Position numbers and translations under genes: made by a program. Below, piece by piece: positions 26,401-40,600 of a DNA stretch of 64,000 nt; position 1 is the stretch's first letter; the number at the start of each line of letters is the position of its first letter. The notes beneath the pieces were generated by a model. That model made no database searches. It was not told the DNA's origin and saw only the letters and a program-made list of their open reading frames with translations. Source of the stretch: Gnetum montanum (taxonomy: Eukaryota; Plantae; Gnetophyta); contig MNCI01000596.1 of assembly GCA_015680685.1 (NCBI GenBank), positions 460,875 to 524,874 of the forward strand, read 5' to 3'.

Positions 26401-29400
26401 TCCCCAATATATCAAGATCAGAAAATTCTAGTTGTACTTCCACATTTTTATACTGATATTTTTTCCCTGTTCATAATAAAGGCAAAGAAAACATTACAAT
26501 GGAAACTACAACAAAACCAAAAGCTCAATATGAATGCAAATGTCGGCAACCTCTCCAACAATGAATGTGTGGTGAAGTGCAGTCATGAATAGAATAGAAA
26601 CCAGGAGAAAGTTGTTGGACAAAAATAGACTAGTACTTCCTAACAGGAAGTGACTTAACAATTAATGAAGTGGTAGCCAAAGCAGGTACAGACTGAGGAT
26701 GGACATGAGCTACAAACTTCCAAATTCTGATTATTGCATTAGTTTCCATTGTTCATATTCCGACAACCGATACAACTGCAGTTATTCAAAACAAGAGGAC
26801 ATGTTGGTTCATCTGTTGTAACCATAGCACTACCTCATCAGAGCTTCTGCCTTTGATAACATGACAGTTTTTCATCAAGGTTGAATCCAAGTAATTAACT
26901 AATTTATCTTGGTAAAACTTACTTGTAGGGTGATATTAAGTGGTACAGTTTCTTACAATGAAACTGGTTTATAAGTACAGTTTCGTAGAACAAATTAGTA
27001 ATATGGAGTCTAGTAAGAACATAACCGGAGTTGATAAACTGGCTAAGGGCTTCTTAACTCAGCTACTCCATAACACAAAAAGATATAATTATTTGATGTA
27101 CAAGTGTAAGCTACATCGCAGTTGAGCCCACGGGCTCCCAATTAGCTCACCAGGCAACAAGGGTTAATGGCTGATTTGGCAGTCTTTCAATCCCCGTGCC
27201 ATATGTCATTTTACAGTTTAATTTTGCTGGCCTGCTGTTGAGCAGCTACAGTTCAATGCACTACTGCACCCAGCGTCTTCTATTCTTTTGGTAAGCAGAT
27301 CCTCCTCTGTGTTTTTTTCTTGTGCATTGTCTCAAATTGGTGTCTGTCTGTCTTAATACATTGTTGGCTCCTCTTTGTAATTTTTTTTTCTTTTTCACTC
27401 TGTTTACTAAAGCATACTTCTGTAGCGCATTTACACAAGGTTGTTAAAGCATAATGGAGCAACAGAACTCTTGGTGTGGGGAAACATCATTTTGTTTAAG
27501 CTAACAGACAGTGTTATTAATCTGCTCCGCAATTACAAAATTGGTTAATTTATTATTAACACTCAATCGATGAAATGTGTTTGTAAAAGGGTCAATCATA
27601 TGATCAAACCAAGTACATGAAGTGAACCATTGTAGTGGCCACTTGCGTGTTTCAGTATTTTACAACACTGTTCAATCAATGCAGTCTCCCCTTCACCTTG
27701 CAACACAAATTAGGCAGTATAGACATCACACAACGGAACACCCATCATCTATCATTACAAACCAGTGGTTGTTACATCACTTATAATATTTTGCCATTAA
27801 ATCCATGGTAGAAGCTCCAGTTTCTCTTCAACAATATAAGTTACAAAGGGGAATTTTGGAGGAGGGTTTGAAAAAGAAAGCCATTTGACCTTTAGTGATT
27901 ACAGGTTGGCTCCTACTGCATCACTTATAATATTTTGCCATTAAATCCATGGCAGAAGCTCCACTGCCTCTTCATCAATATAAGCTACAAAGGGGAGTTT
28001 TGGAAGGGTTTGAAAAAGAACCCAATACGACCTTTAGTGACTGCAGATTTAAGAGGCCCGGTTCCTACTGCAGAAGGTGAAGGAGTACCTTCTGTCTTGA
28101 ATATGTGCTTTACTCACCTACTCCCAAACCTTCTTCAACTAACAGAATTCATTTGTTGCCTACGAACTTCTGTTACAAACCTGAAATCTATAAATACCCA
28201 AGGAGAAAAGCTCAAAATTTATCTTCCAATTTTATTTATGTAAGAGCTTCTCCTCCTCCCTTGGGTAAGTGTGTAATTTAGTTTCTTTAATATTTTTGAG
28301 TCATCGCTTCACCATGCAATGAGACCCCGTCGGAGTGCTGTCATGTTTTCGCAACCCTTACGTTTATTGCTGAGGCTCCTAAGGGTTTGTTGCCATTTCC
28401 GAGGGTTTATTGACAAGGGTTTGTTTATCTATCTGGACGTCAAGGAAGAAAAAAGCAACAAACAAACCAAACATAGCATCTAAAATTTGCACATTCTTTG
28501 TTTTGTTGGAGAAGCAAACAGGAGCAAACAATGAAAACAGTCACTATTTCAAAATCAGAATAGGAAATGATGGTAACAAAAGTGAAACACTTGGGCACCC
28601 TAAAAGCAATGTCAGAAATGATGAGCGCAAGAATGAAGCAGCTGGAAACCTTCATGGGGGGTTTTATTGTGCAAATGAAATGTTTACTAAATCATTTAGA
28701 AAATCAGCACAAAGATGTTCTTGAAAAAAGTACAGCTTTGGAATCCAAGATTGGCAACACAGCTCATTCACAGCAGCAAGTCTAGCATAGCAATTTGAAT
28801 CATACTCCACCAAAAGTAAGTAAGAAAATTTCAGACAAACTAAAGGATGTACAGGAAAAATGAGAAAAAGAAGTAAATTTGTGCCTAGTTGGGGTACCTG
28901 AAAAGGAGGAAAATTTGATTGAAGAAATCCCTAACCTACTAGAAGAAAAATTGCATCTGACAGAGAAACCCTAAATTTTGGAGGCTGTCAAAACATGTCA
29001 GGAGGGAAAAAGAATTCATCATATTATTATTAAATGTAAGGATGCTAAGGAAAGGACAAAAATTTGGAATCATCAACATATTCTAAAAGGTGAAACATTA
29101 TGGCTAAATGAAGACCTTCCACGTAAAGAATATGCTAAGAAAGTTGAAGAATGGAAAAAAGTAAAAAAGGAAAGAAAGGAAGAAAAAATTGCTTATCTTA
29201 GTGCTAAATATGTTACAGTTATCAAGGATCGTAAATAGGGATTAAAATTCCTGCACTATGGTTTTTTTTAATAGGTTTTCAGACTTTGTCCTTTCCTTAT
29301 ATAAAAAAAGTAAACGTGGAAGACCTTCTAGTGGCCTAGCTATGCTGATTCACAGTCCCATACAACAATATATAACAATTGAAAAAGTAGATGAACACAA

Positions 29401-32400
29401 GCAATATGTTTGGATTTGGGTAGCTCCTTAGGAGGTTAGTTTTTTCTTAGCTTTTTGTTAATTTGCTCCTCAAGAAGCTACTTTTTATGATAAAGAAAAT
29501 CAGTCAAGGGACTTTCCTTTTCAAAGCCTTGATATGGATATTGCTACTTTTTCTCAGATGGAAAAAAATTTACATTTGTGGGGATTTTAATGCTAAGGTT
29601 GTGCTTGAAAAAATCCCAGCAAGCTTTTGGAATCAGCAAGGATATTTTAACTATGAAAATAATGTAAAGAAGAAAAGGTTCTCTCAAGATACATAAACCA
29701 ATCATAGAGGCAGACATTTGCTGGATTGGGATCTAGGTTTACATTTGGTAATCCTTAATGGATTAACCAATTTCTCTAATTCTGGTTGCTACACATTCAC
29801 AGAATAACAAGTTTCCTCATGTATTGATTTTGTGATTACCAATATAGATAGTCTGGATTGTAGGTATGTGATAAGGTGATTAAGTCTAATCATCAGCCAC
29901 TGTATTTTAGCCTTTTGATAAACTTACAGCATGTTAGACAAAGTCAAGTTAATTTTCAAGAAGAAGTCCAAAAGCACTTGAGTCTTGATGTAAAACTTGA
30001 AAAAATTTTAGTGGCAGCAACACAACATGTTTCTAGAAAAGCATCAACACAGTCAACACAATCCCAACTTTGATTTTATTCTGAACGTGTGGTAGCTAGA
30101 CTTAAATTAAAAAATCAAAAATCTCCAACAGTATCAAATTTATAAGAAATTGATTTGACAAAAAAAGAGACAATTCATTAAAGAGAGACAAACTACTCTT
30201 CTCCACATGATCAACAAATAATGAAGAAATTTCTGGAAGCTGCTTCATCAAAGGGAAAGATTGAAAACAAAATTTCCCTTTTCTGACACTGCAATTTTAT
30301 CAAAATTTGCTTCTAGGCAAGCATGAGCTAATAGGATATCGGTAGGACTGACAACTTTTTCATCTTCTTTGAAGACACTATGCAAGGCATCAAAAAATTA
30401 GCCTCAGACAAAGTAGCTGATGCAACAAGACTATGGAGAAATGCTGACATGGGGAGGACGTTTGGTATGGCAGACAGTTTGAAAAAACCTAAATCATGCT
30501 CTCCAAAAGAATGATGCACTAACAGAGCTATGTTGCTCTTCAAAAAAAGAGATAGATCTGATTTAGATAACTATAGGTTGATTGTAATTACTAATGTTTT
30601 TGCTAAAATTTTGGAAAAAATTCTTGAGATGAAGATTAGGAAATATACAGAAGAAAACAATTTACAAGCAATTCACAAGCTGGGTTTAGATGTCACCATT
30701 CTACTACTGATAACCGCATTACATTGAAATATGTTATTGATTGTGCAAAAGGGTAATATAAAAGAACATTTGTTTGCTTTGTGTATTTCTCTAGAGCATA
30801 TGATTCAGTTATTCAAAGCAAGTTGTAGAAGCAATTACAAGATATATGTACTCTTCCAATATATAAAAATCACATATCACCACTCCCATAAAAATGTTTT
30901 ATTGCATAGTGATACTGGGGTGAAACAAGGCTATCCTCTTTCACCTCCACTTTTTGGTATTTTTATTGATGAACTCAAGGAGTGGATGCAGAAAATTCTA
31001 GGTAGATACTCTATTAAAATTAATGGTCACTTTTATCAACCTTTTGATGTATGCTCATGGTGTAGCTCTCATCTCCAACTCTGAGGAACACTTGCAACAA
31101 ATGTTTACTATTTTGGATGATTTTGCCAACATTCAAGAATGAAAGTTAATGTGAAAAGAACCATTAAGACCAAGAAATATCCAAACGAAACGAATTCCAG
31201 CCTCCCCCAAAATATTTTTTAATACAATGTGGTACTAGGAATAATAATTACTCTTTCACTATTGAAAAGGACCCAGTAAATGTGACACCAACTTATAGAT
31301 ACCTTAGTCTAGATCTTTCTCACAAATACAGTTAGGAGATGTACATTAAACAGAGGATTGCAAGTGGATTGAGAGCCTTATTTGATTTAAAAAGTAAATG
31401 TCAGAAGGAAACTATCTTAGCCTAGGACATCAAAAAACAATTATGTTGTTCTATTGTGTAACCAACTCATTTGTATGTGTGTGCAGTGTGGCGTTTTGGA
31501 CTTGCTAGCAAATATTGAAAGAAAATAGAAGTTCAAAAGCATTTTTTGGTAGAAGAATTTCAAGTTAAAAGGAGGGTACCATATGATTTCTTGGTTCTTT
31601 TGATTTTGTAGGAAACAAATGACCAAAGCAACCATGGCTGCATTAAACAATGAAAATAGATTGAAGTAAAAGCTTCAATTGGTCCAAATTACTTTCAAAA
31701 ACATTGTGAATGAAGCAACACCTCCTATTATGGTAAACTGTCATCAAGACAAACTAGGACAATCGCACGATGCACATGGACAATTTTGCAAAGAACCTGG
31801 GGAAGCTACCGTGCTAGCTTTGAGGAGGCTTTGTCCAATCAAGCCTTCATCAATGACTTGGTAGATTACAAACCCATGTCACCCTAACAATCAAAATATG
31901 TTGCTCATGAGAAGCAAGAGCTTCATGATATGATTGTGAAGAAACAATACAAGCACATATATGCTGAAAAGCAAGAAGGACATTCTTCTAGAGATATTGT
32001 TGCTACAGCATGAATGATTCTAGGGGAAGGAGGTCCTTGCATCTTTATCCATGGGACTTGAGCTACACTTGTGGTGATCCGAAGTAATTCATCATTCCAC
32101 ATGCCTTACCGTCATTTGAATGGAGATGTTGATGGCTTGGATGACCCATTGTTTCCATGGACCTACCAAGGTCAAATTCATGAAGCAGTTTGCATCCCAC
32201 CTAAAAGTATTGAGGAGAGCAAAAACAAAAAGGTTAATATGACGAACATTTCTACATTCAACAGGCAGTTGAATGACGATCCACAACTTCATGTTCATGC
32301 ATTCGTCATGACTTGTGAGCTACAAAGGTTGAACAGTGAGTGGCAAAAACTTTGTCTTTTTCTCAACACATTGATCATGCTAGAACATGATATCAAGCTC

Positions 32401-34642
32401 TTCCACCCAATTCCATCTCTTGTTGGACAGACATGTTAAAAGCCTTCAATGCTAGATTTCAATCTTATGCATGGGTTGCAAACCTTAGGAAAAAGATAGC
32501 AAGATGGAAGCAAAATATCAATGAATCATTGGATGTGGCCATAAAAAGTTACAATTGCATGCTCAATCAATGCCCAAATCATGTGTTCAGCAAGCATGAC
32601 CAATAATACGCCTAGTAGAACAACTACAACTGCAAACTCATGAAAGGGTGGATATGTATATCATGGGTAATCTCTACCAGAAATCAGTTGCTCAAATTGC
32701 AGCTATGTTAGATGTGGCGAGATTAGAAGGTGAATGGCACAAGCATGCTAATGTGGAGGAAGTCAACACATCAACCCAATGTCAAAAGGACATGAAGAAT
32801 GTTGAATGTAAGATTCAACCTTCTTATGCTATTAAAGCCCTTGTGCAATAAAGCATGAGAACCAGGAAGACTATAGCAGACCTTGCCAATGTTGTTGACA
32901 AGGATTGGGATGTATTAAATCAAAAGATAACATCAAATCTCAAGAATTTGAAAAACAAAGTTGTTGAAGCAACTATAAAAGCAATTACACCACAAGGCAA
33001 GAGTGGTGAAAGTAAAACAAAGGCTAAGAGGCCTTACCATGATCAAATGTCTTACCCTTGTGATCCATTTATTCAGCCACAACAACAACATCAACAATGG
33101 GTGGGGCCTAAGCCTTGAAACTTGACAGCTTAGTGTGTTCCCTCTACATCGCAACAATCTTCCTCATGTCATCCTCCTTCCTAACATGAAACTCAGCAGG
33201 CCATGAACCAAATACCTCATACAATGCCTCATCAATATTGGCCATATCCACCTCTACTATCTCAGAAGCCACATGTCCAGCAATGTCCATCATGGCCCTT
33301 TTTATCATTACAAGAGAGAATTTCAAATCAGCCACAGTAGGGACAAGTCCAGTTCTTTAATGCAAGGTACTACCTTCATTTTCCATCACCATACACTATT
33401 GGGAAGTACCACAATAATCATGTTTCTCCTATGGCAAGAAATTCATCACCTCACAGACAAAAGCATTTTCCTAAGAGAAAGAAGAACACAACTGTCAGTG
33501 AGGATTCACACTCATCCCCTTCTTCACCATAATTTTCAAAAAAACAAGACTATGGGGATTGTGTTTCTAAAGATCAAGCAAATGAAGTTTTCACTCCTTC
33601 AGATAAACACAAAAGTAAAAATTCCACATGTGGAAGGAAGAAAACTTCATCATTAAAATTCAGCCAACAAGGCCAACATCTAAAATGCTACAAAGAATCT
33701 CAATCACCTCCTCAGCCATTTGGTGATGTTGATTAAAAAGGATGTTGTCAGGTGCTAGCCTTGAACTCAGTCATTGGAGAAGATGCCTTCACGTAATGGC
33801 TTCACTGATAGAGTATGATTTATTTGTTTGTGTGTATTTTTGTGTGAATATTTTTTCAAAACTAACAATATATCATTCTCTAATTGCTTATTCTTTTGAT
33901 TTTGTGTGATTTTGTGTGCATGTTTTTTAGCATATAGATCTATCAATTTTGGTTTGTTATTTTTTTAACGTGATTTTTGTGTGTGCCTATTTTGATATTA
34001 ATGATTGATCCATTTTGATTTTCATATTTGTGTGTTCATGGAAAATCAATTAATGTGCTTTATGAATGCTTACCCTAAGAGACAATGGTGGATGGGTGAG
34101 TTAATAGATGCTATGATGATGCAAGAGTGTTGAACGAGTCCAATGTGGAACTTTGATTGATGGAATGCACACACAATGCAAATTCATCCATCCCCTTTTC
34201 TTCTACCATCACCAATGATCCAAGTATATAATTAGCCTGGAGCTAAATCCTACACCAAAAGTGGGGAAGTTGTAGCCAGTAGATCCATGGGGGTTTGGTG
34301 GGCCCAGACTTTTAAGGTGTGAGCTCTAGAAACCTGAATAAGTGTCTGGTTGTAGTTTAGAAAAAGCTATGTCATCAAAGGATCCTAGGACCATTGGAAT
34401 GGGGCTTGATCAATAGGGTTGGATCGTGTTTGTGCTTTCCTTGATTGACCACACTAGTCAAAGAAGGTTTGTGATCTTATGATCCTATGCTTGCCACATT
34501 GAGCTCATGGGTGAGATGCCTGATTCATCAAGTGCATGTCAAGGACTCCATGTGGTGACCCAACACTCTATGCATCTTCAAAGGATTAATTTTTCCAAAA
34601 GTAATCGGAACTAAAAAAAGGCAAAAAAGGGGAAAAGAGTTC

Positions 34643-34687
<45 letters not shown>

Positions 34688-37600
34688 CAACCAATGTTTT
34701 CTTGCCCTTTTAGCCCCCACAAATTGGTAGCATTACTATCCTAAGCTAGAAACTTTTGTGTGTTGCTAGAAATTAGTAGTTTTACTATTTGGGCAACATG
34801 ATTTATCTATAACCAACTCATTGGGTTACTTGAGAAGACCAAACAAGTGTAAGTTTATGATCATTAATCATTGCAATACCCTAGCTCTAGAAACTTTGAA
34901 GCCCTAGAAGTCGCTCTTCAAGGAAACTTTGGTAAAGTTAAATGCTACTTTCAATCAAGTCCTAATCCAAGGGTCAAGAAAAACCCCAAAAAATGATCAT
35001 CGCATCCCTATGTTCATTGCCCATCCAAAGTACAATGTTTGAATTTGATTGTTTAGGACAATTGGAGGGACTACTTTCATAACATCAAATTCAAGAACCT
35101 ACGCTACGTATGTGCAAAAAGGAAATAAAACCAAACTAGAATCTTAGGCTTCTAGATGAATTTGCAGCACATTACTCAATCTAGCTCCATCAATGATCAG
35201 ACCATGGAATAATTGGGACTAGATGGCATTGGAAGTGGCAGTGCTACCTTGCATCTCTAAAGGGAGACTTGCAGGGCTATCCTTATTGGTTGGGAAAGCA
35301 ATGGTGAAGGGAACCAATAGAAGATCTCTTGTGGAGTATAGTGAATGCTCTTGTGCTCTAATGAGCTAATTGAATTGTTGGCTAGGACCCAGTGATGTTG
35401 CATTTCCCCTTTCTCCTCTCTATTCCATTCAAGATCTCCATGTCTTTCTCCCTCTTTAGACCATCTCTAGTTAACCATTGTGCATGCAAGATGTCAGCCA
35501 AGGTGAAACACAACATGAGATTTGGTCATCCAAGGGGTGGACTCACATTTGATGCTAATGTGTCACTGGTTGTTGGGAATCCACGAGTATCTCATCCATA
35601 GGATTTGAAAAGGCAAAAAGGTAAGGGTCAACTGTGGAGAGGACCCACTTATGAATTCTTGGTGGCTCAGCATAGTGAGGGAGTGAGAAGCTCCATGCTG
35701 GCAATGGTTGTATTGCATAAAGTTCTTGATTGGTCTTTCTCTCCGGTAGTAGTGACTCTATAGGTCTTCATGGTTGACCAAGACATTCCATTTCTTGTCA
35801 ATTTTAATTATTTGCCTATTTACATGCTCATTTATTAAAGTATTTAATAAATTTTAGTCCTAGCTAGTCCCCAAGGATTTATGTTTCCACTTTCTTCTTT
35901 CACTTCTGCAACAATGGGATTCATGTTTTTCTTTACTTTCAACTTTGGTGATAAAAAACATAGTGATCGGATGCATCAAGAAATTTTTATATGGACTCTA
36001 TATAGCCCAATTTCGGAATTTTTGTGACCATGATGGTATTTTTTTTGTTTTTATTTTTTTAATTTAAATTTATAGGTGCTATTTTTTACCTTTTCACAAT
36101 GCTTTTTTGGACTTTTACGGCACATTTAGTCTTAAAAAAACTTAATTTTCACATTTGTGTGCATCACTTGTGAGTTGCATGTTTTTTTTATTTTAAAGAA
36201 TTAAAATTAAAATCAATTAAAAAGTTTTTAAATCAACAAATTAATTTTAAAAATAATTAATTAATTAATTAGTTTTTAAAAAAATAGTATGCACATTGTG
36301 TGTGCTACCATGTGTTAGCACATTGCTATTAGCACTAAAGATAATGTAATAGTTTGTTAAAAAAAATGCATACCTCTTTCCATTGTGCATTGCCACCTTT
36401 TTTTCTCCTGCCTCCTTCCCCCACCACCCATATCCCTACCAAATGAATTCAACACCTTTCCCCTCCATGCACAACTTTTGTTTTCTTTTTTTATTTATTT
36501 TAAATTTCAAATTAGTTTTATTTTGTTTATATATATATATATAGTAAATTCTATTTTTTTATAATTTTTACTTTTTCCATCCTTTCCTCGATTTTCCAAA
36601 ATCAAGCCATTTCTTGATTGCACATTGGTGCTTTAAATCCAAATCTCACATAGCTTTCATCATTGTAAACTTCATTCTTTAGTGGTGATGCATAGTTTCC
36701 TTGTCCAAGTTGATATCTTGTACCTCAATCATGGAGAGAGGCACAAAGTCAGGTATGAAATTTGAATATTTTTATATTACTTTTTTCATACCTACATGTG
36801 TTGGAACCTTGCCTGTGATAATGTTTCACATGTTGTCCTTGCATTTTATGTTTTCTATCATTCTTACTCACATTTTTTGTGATGAAGGTATAGAATATCA
36901 AGAAAATTACATGATTTCTTTAGCATATTTCATATAGAATCAAGTTCCAACAATCATGTTCCATGCACCAAAGGCCACAACTACATGAACTCGAAGAACC
37001 TCAAGCCTTTGTGGTGGAACCAGCTGAAAGAGAAGGACCACTCGAACCACCAAGTGAAGCTGATCCAACTAAACCTCCCTTAACCAAAAAAGTCCAAAAG
37101 TCACAAATCTCATTCCCCGAATACCAAATGGGGGACATGCACAACAATGACCACCAAGCACAAAGCTGAATGATCCATTGGTAGGTCCCATTGATCCAGA
37201 GAATGTATAACAAAAGGTTGGAACTCATGCAAGCAAGTTGGTGCCATGGGCAGTGTAAACAAGAGAGAGAGAAAATATGTCAAGCACTACTACAAGAACA
37301 AAGACTGATGTAGGCCCAATGTAGGATTTTTTCAACTGAGGGTGACAAGCTTAGAGGAGAAATCCCAAAGACATTCAGCATACCCTCAATACACATCAGG
37401 CATGCTAGGGGTTGTTTCACCATAACCACCACCTTGTGGTGCTTGTTCTTGAGGTGGCTAGTTAATGTTTTATCTTGTGTCACATCTTATTGTAACTCCA
37501 CTACGTGAACCATTAATTAAGCAATGTCTAGTCCAATTTTTATTGTTGTAAGCTAAAGGACTAGCTTAATTCAGTCATGGGGAAATGATGAAGCATCCAA

Positions 37601-40600
37601 TGGAAATTTTGTATCTTTTGGTAAGCCCATATGCATAAAGTCATTTGTGTGCACTCAAACCTATAGTTTGGGCTTGTTTTAGTAAGTGGTGTTGCATCAC
37701 ATGGTGTGCTGCCTCATGTGGTGCACTACCTCAAGAAGTGTGTTGCCTCACCTAGCTTGTCACCTCACCACTTCCGTTACAAACCTGAAATCTATAGATA
37801 CCCAAAGAAGAAAGCTCAAAATTATCATTTATTTTCCAATTCTCTTTATGTAACAGCTTCTCCTCCTCCTTGGGTAAGTGCGTAATTTATTTTCTTTAGT
37901 ATTTTTGAGTCATCACTTTGCCATGCAACGAGACTCTATCGAAGTGCTACCATGCCTTTATAGCCCAAAACCTTTTGGTCAATGCAAAGTCAAGTGTTTG
38001 CACAATGAATAAAGTACATTTTGATTTCTTTACATTTTCCAATTTTATTTTATTAAATCTTGACAAAGACATCTCATTAATGAAATTATTTGTTAAATTT
38101 AGAAATTATAATTAATTTAATTCCTTTAGATAAATTAGTGTAGTTGCGTGGAGCTTTGCGATGATGCCACCTTGCCCGAGGAGGTCATACTTGGATGGAA
38201 TAGTGTTGGGCCATCAAGGGTGACTGAGGAGCTTGCAACATGGTTTGTGTGTGTTTGGTTTCCACATTGCACCTATCTCATAAGGGATTGTAACGTGAAG
38301 GTGTGTTTTATTTCTTTTTAATGTGTGCAAATTACACCTGTCCCGCAAGGGATTGCAACAAGTTTGAATTATCATTTTATTCTTTACATTTATAAAATAC
38401 ATGAAAATTATAAAAATATCATTTCCCTACCATGGCAACATAGGTTTCTTCACTTGCATCATATGTATTATAATATTTCCATTTATTAAATGCAACAATA
38501 TACATATGTAAACTTTACCATTCACGTTCCCATCATCTTTGATATTTAGGACTGGTTCGCTATGCATACCATTGATAAACCTCTTGTGGTCTCTGCCAAT
38601 GGGAACCCCTATCATCTCTGTAGGACCAATGCAAATAGAAGTAGAATGGAAAAATATAGATATTTACCACATGTAGCATCATAGGCACCATCTTGCTCTT
38701 CACAATCACTCACAAATGAGCCAACTTGATGACCTCCAAGCTTTTACAGAACTTAAGTGAGGCCTCCTTGTGGAGCTTGAGCTTCTTAATAAGATCAGCC
38801 ATACTTGGGCCCATCAGCTCCAAAGTCTTCTTGGTCTCCTTCCATTCACACTCGCCCATCTTACTCAGCAAAAACCACCTAAACTTCGAAATAGACAATG
38901 CTCAACACTATGAACACCCACTAAACACCATAGCCAACCTTTAATAAGCACACTAATGCTGAAAGCGCTAAAGGAAACCAGAATCTCTAAGAAAGCATAG
39001 AGACTCTATAACACCAAAGGAAATCAATAAGTAAAATCTCATCAAACAAATTAGTACTATGGAATTTGGTACAGAACATAATCAGAGTGGATAAGCTAGA
39101 TATGAACTTCTTAATTCAGCTATTCCCCACACAAAAAGACTTAATTATTTGATGCAAAAAGTGTACACTATATGCTAAATATGGACTTCTTGAATCAGCT
39201 ACTCCCCAACACAAAAAGACTTTATTATTTGATGCAAAAAATGTAAGCCAACGACTCAAGGACTCCCAATTAACTCACCAGCCAACATGGACTAACGGCC
39301 AATTTCAAAACCTCTCAATCTCACTGCAATACACAATTTTAGTGTTTAATTTTGTTGGGCTGTTGTTCAACAGCTACAACTCAATCCCCTGCTACATCAC
39401 AGTGCTTTCTAGTCTATCACTACAGAGGTCCTCCGCTATGCTTTCTTTCTTATGCACTGTCTGTCATTAATGTTATTGACCCCTCTCTGTAAACGTTTCT
39501 TTTCTTTTCTTTTTCATTCTATCTCTACCAAAGCATACTTCCACAATGCTTTTACACAATGTCTTTAAAGCATAATGTCGCAACGCAACTCTTGGTGTAG
39601 GGATACATCATTTTGTTTTAAGTTAACAAACATGGCTTTTACAAAATTGATAAATTTCTTAATGTTAACAGTATTCTTTATTTTCTAAGTAAAAAGAAAA
39701 TAAGCCCTGCAACTAGGGATATACATAATGATGAGTTGATGACAACAATGATTACCATCATTGTGATGAGCATGGTGATGTTTTCTAACATTCATATACT
39801 CCAAAACAAAAGCTAGGATTGCATTTCCACTTTCCATGGACTATAATGCCATTTTTAAAGCAATCACAAACTGTCATTGGTTACGTAAAGAAATTGTACC
39901 ATAGACTTGATTGGTAAACTGCAAGGAAAAGGATGTCTCATTATTGAATGGTCATGGTCATAAACTATTCAGTGCATTCCTGCATTTATAATGAAACAGA
40001 AGGTGGAAGTCAATCAAATCATTTAATGTGTCTACCTGCTCAAATCTTTTAAAAAAAAAGAATAATCTGATTTTTTTTTACATTATTTTTATTTTTAAAT
40101 GTGAAATGAGCATCAAAAACAGTGCCATGGAACAATTACCGAAAATTAGTTAAGAGGTTGTGCAATTCTTCCTATTCACTTTACATTTTCCAGATAAATG
40201 TCAGCTGGTATAAGCTTTAACGAGAATGCTCATGATAAGAAATATAATAATTAACCTTTTCATAAAAATGAAAAGTTTTATCATAAAAATTTTCATCTGG
40301 AATGATAGTCTTGGAAGATTCTATAGTGCAACATGACAATTTAAAAAAACGATCCAACTTAAAGATAATAAGCTTACCTGATAAAAGAGTGCAGTTTTAC
40401 CTGCTCCACTTAAGCCAGTCAATAAAACCGTATTCAATTTCTTGCCCCTTGAAACTCTTATAACTGAAACCAGTCAACATATTTGAAAAAAAAAAATAAG
40501 AAGCCCTATCCATTGATATCAGTAATAAAATAAACCATCAAGCATAACCTAGATCTCTGTGACATTTTTACTGTGTGCGGGTCATTCAAAATTATGAATG

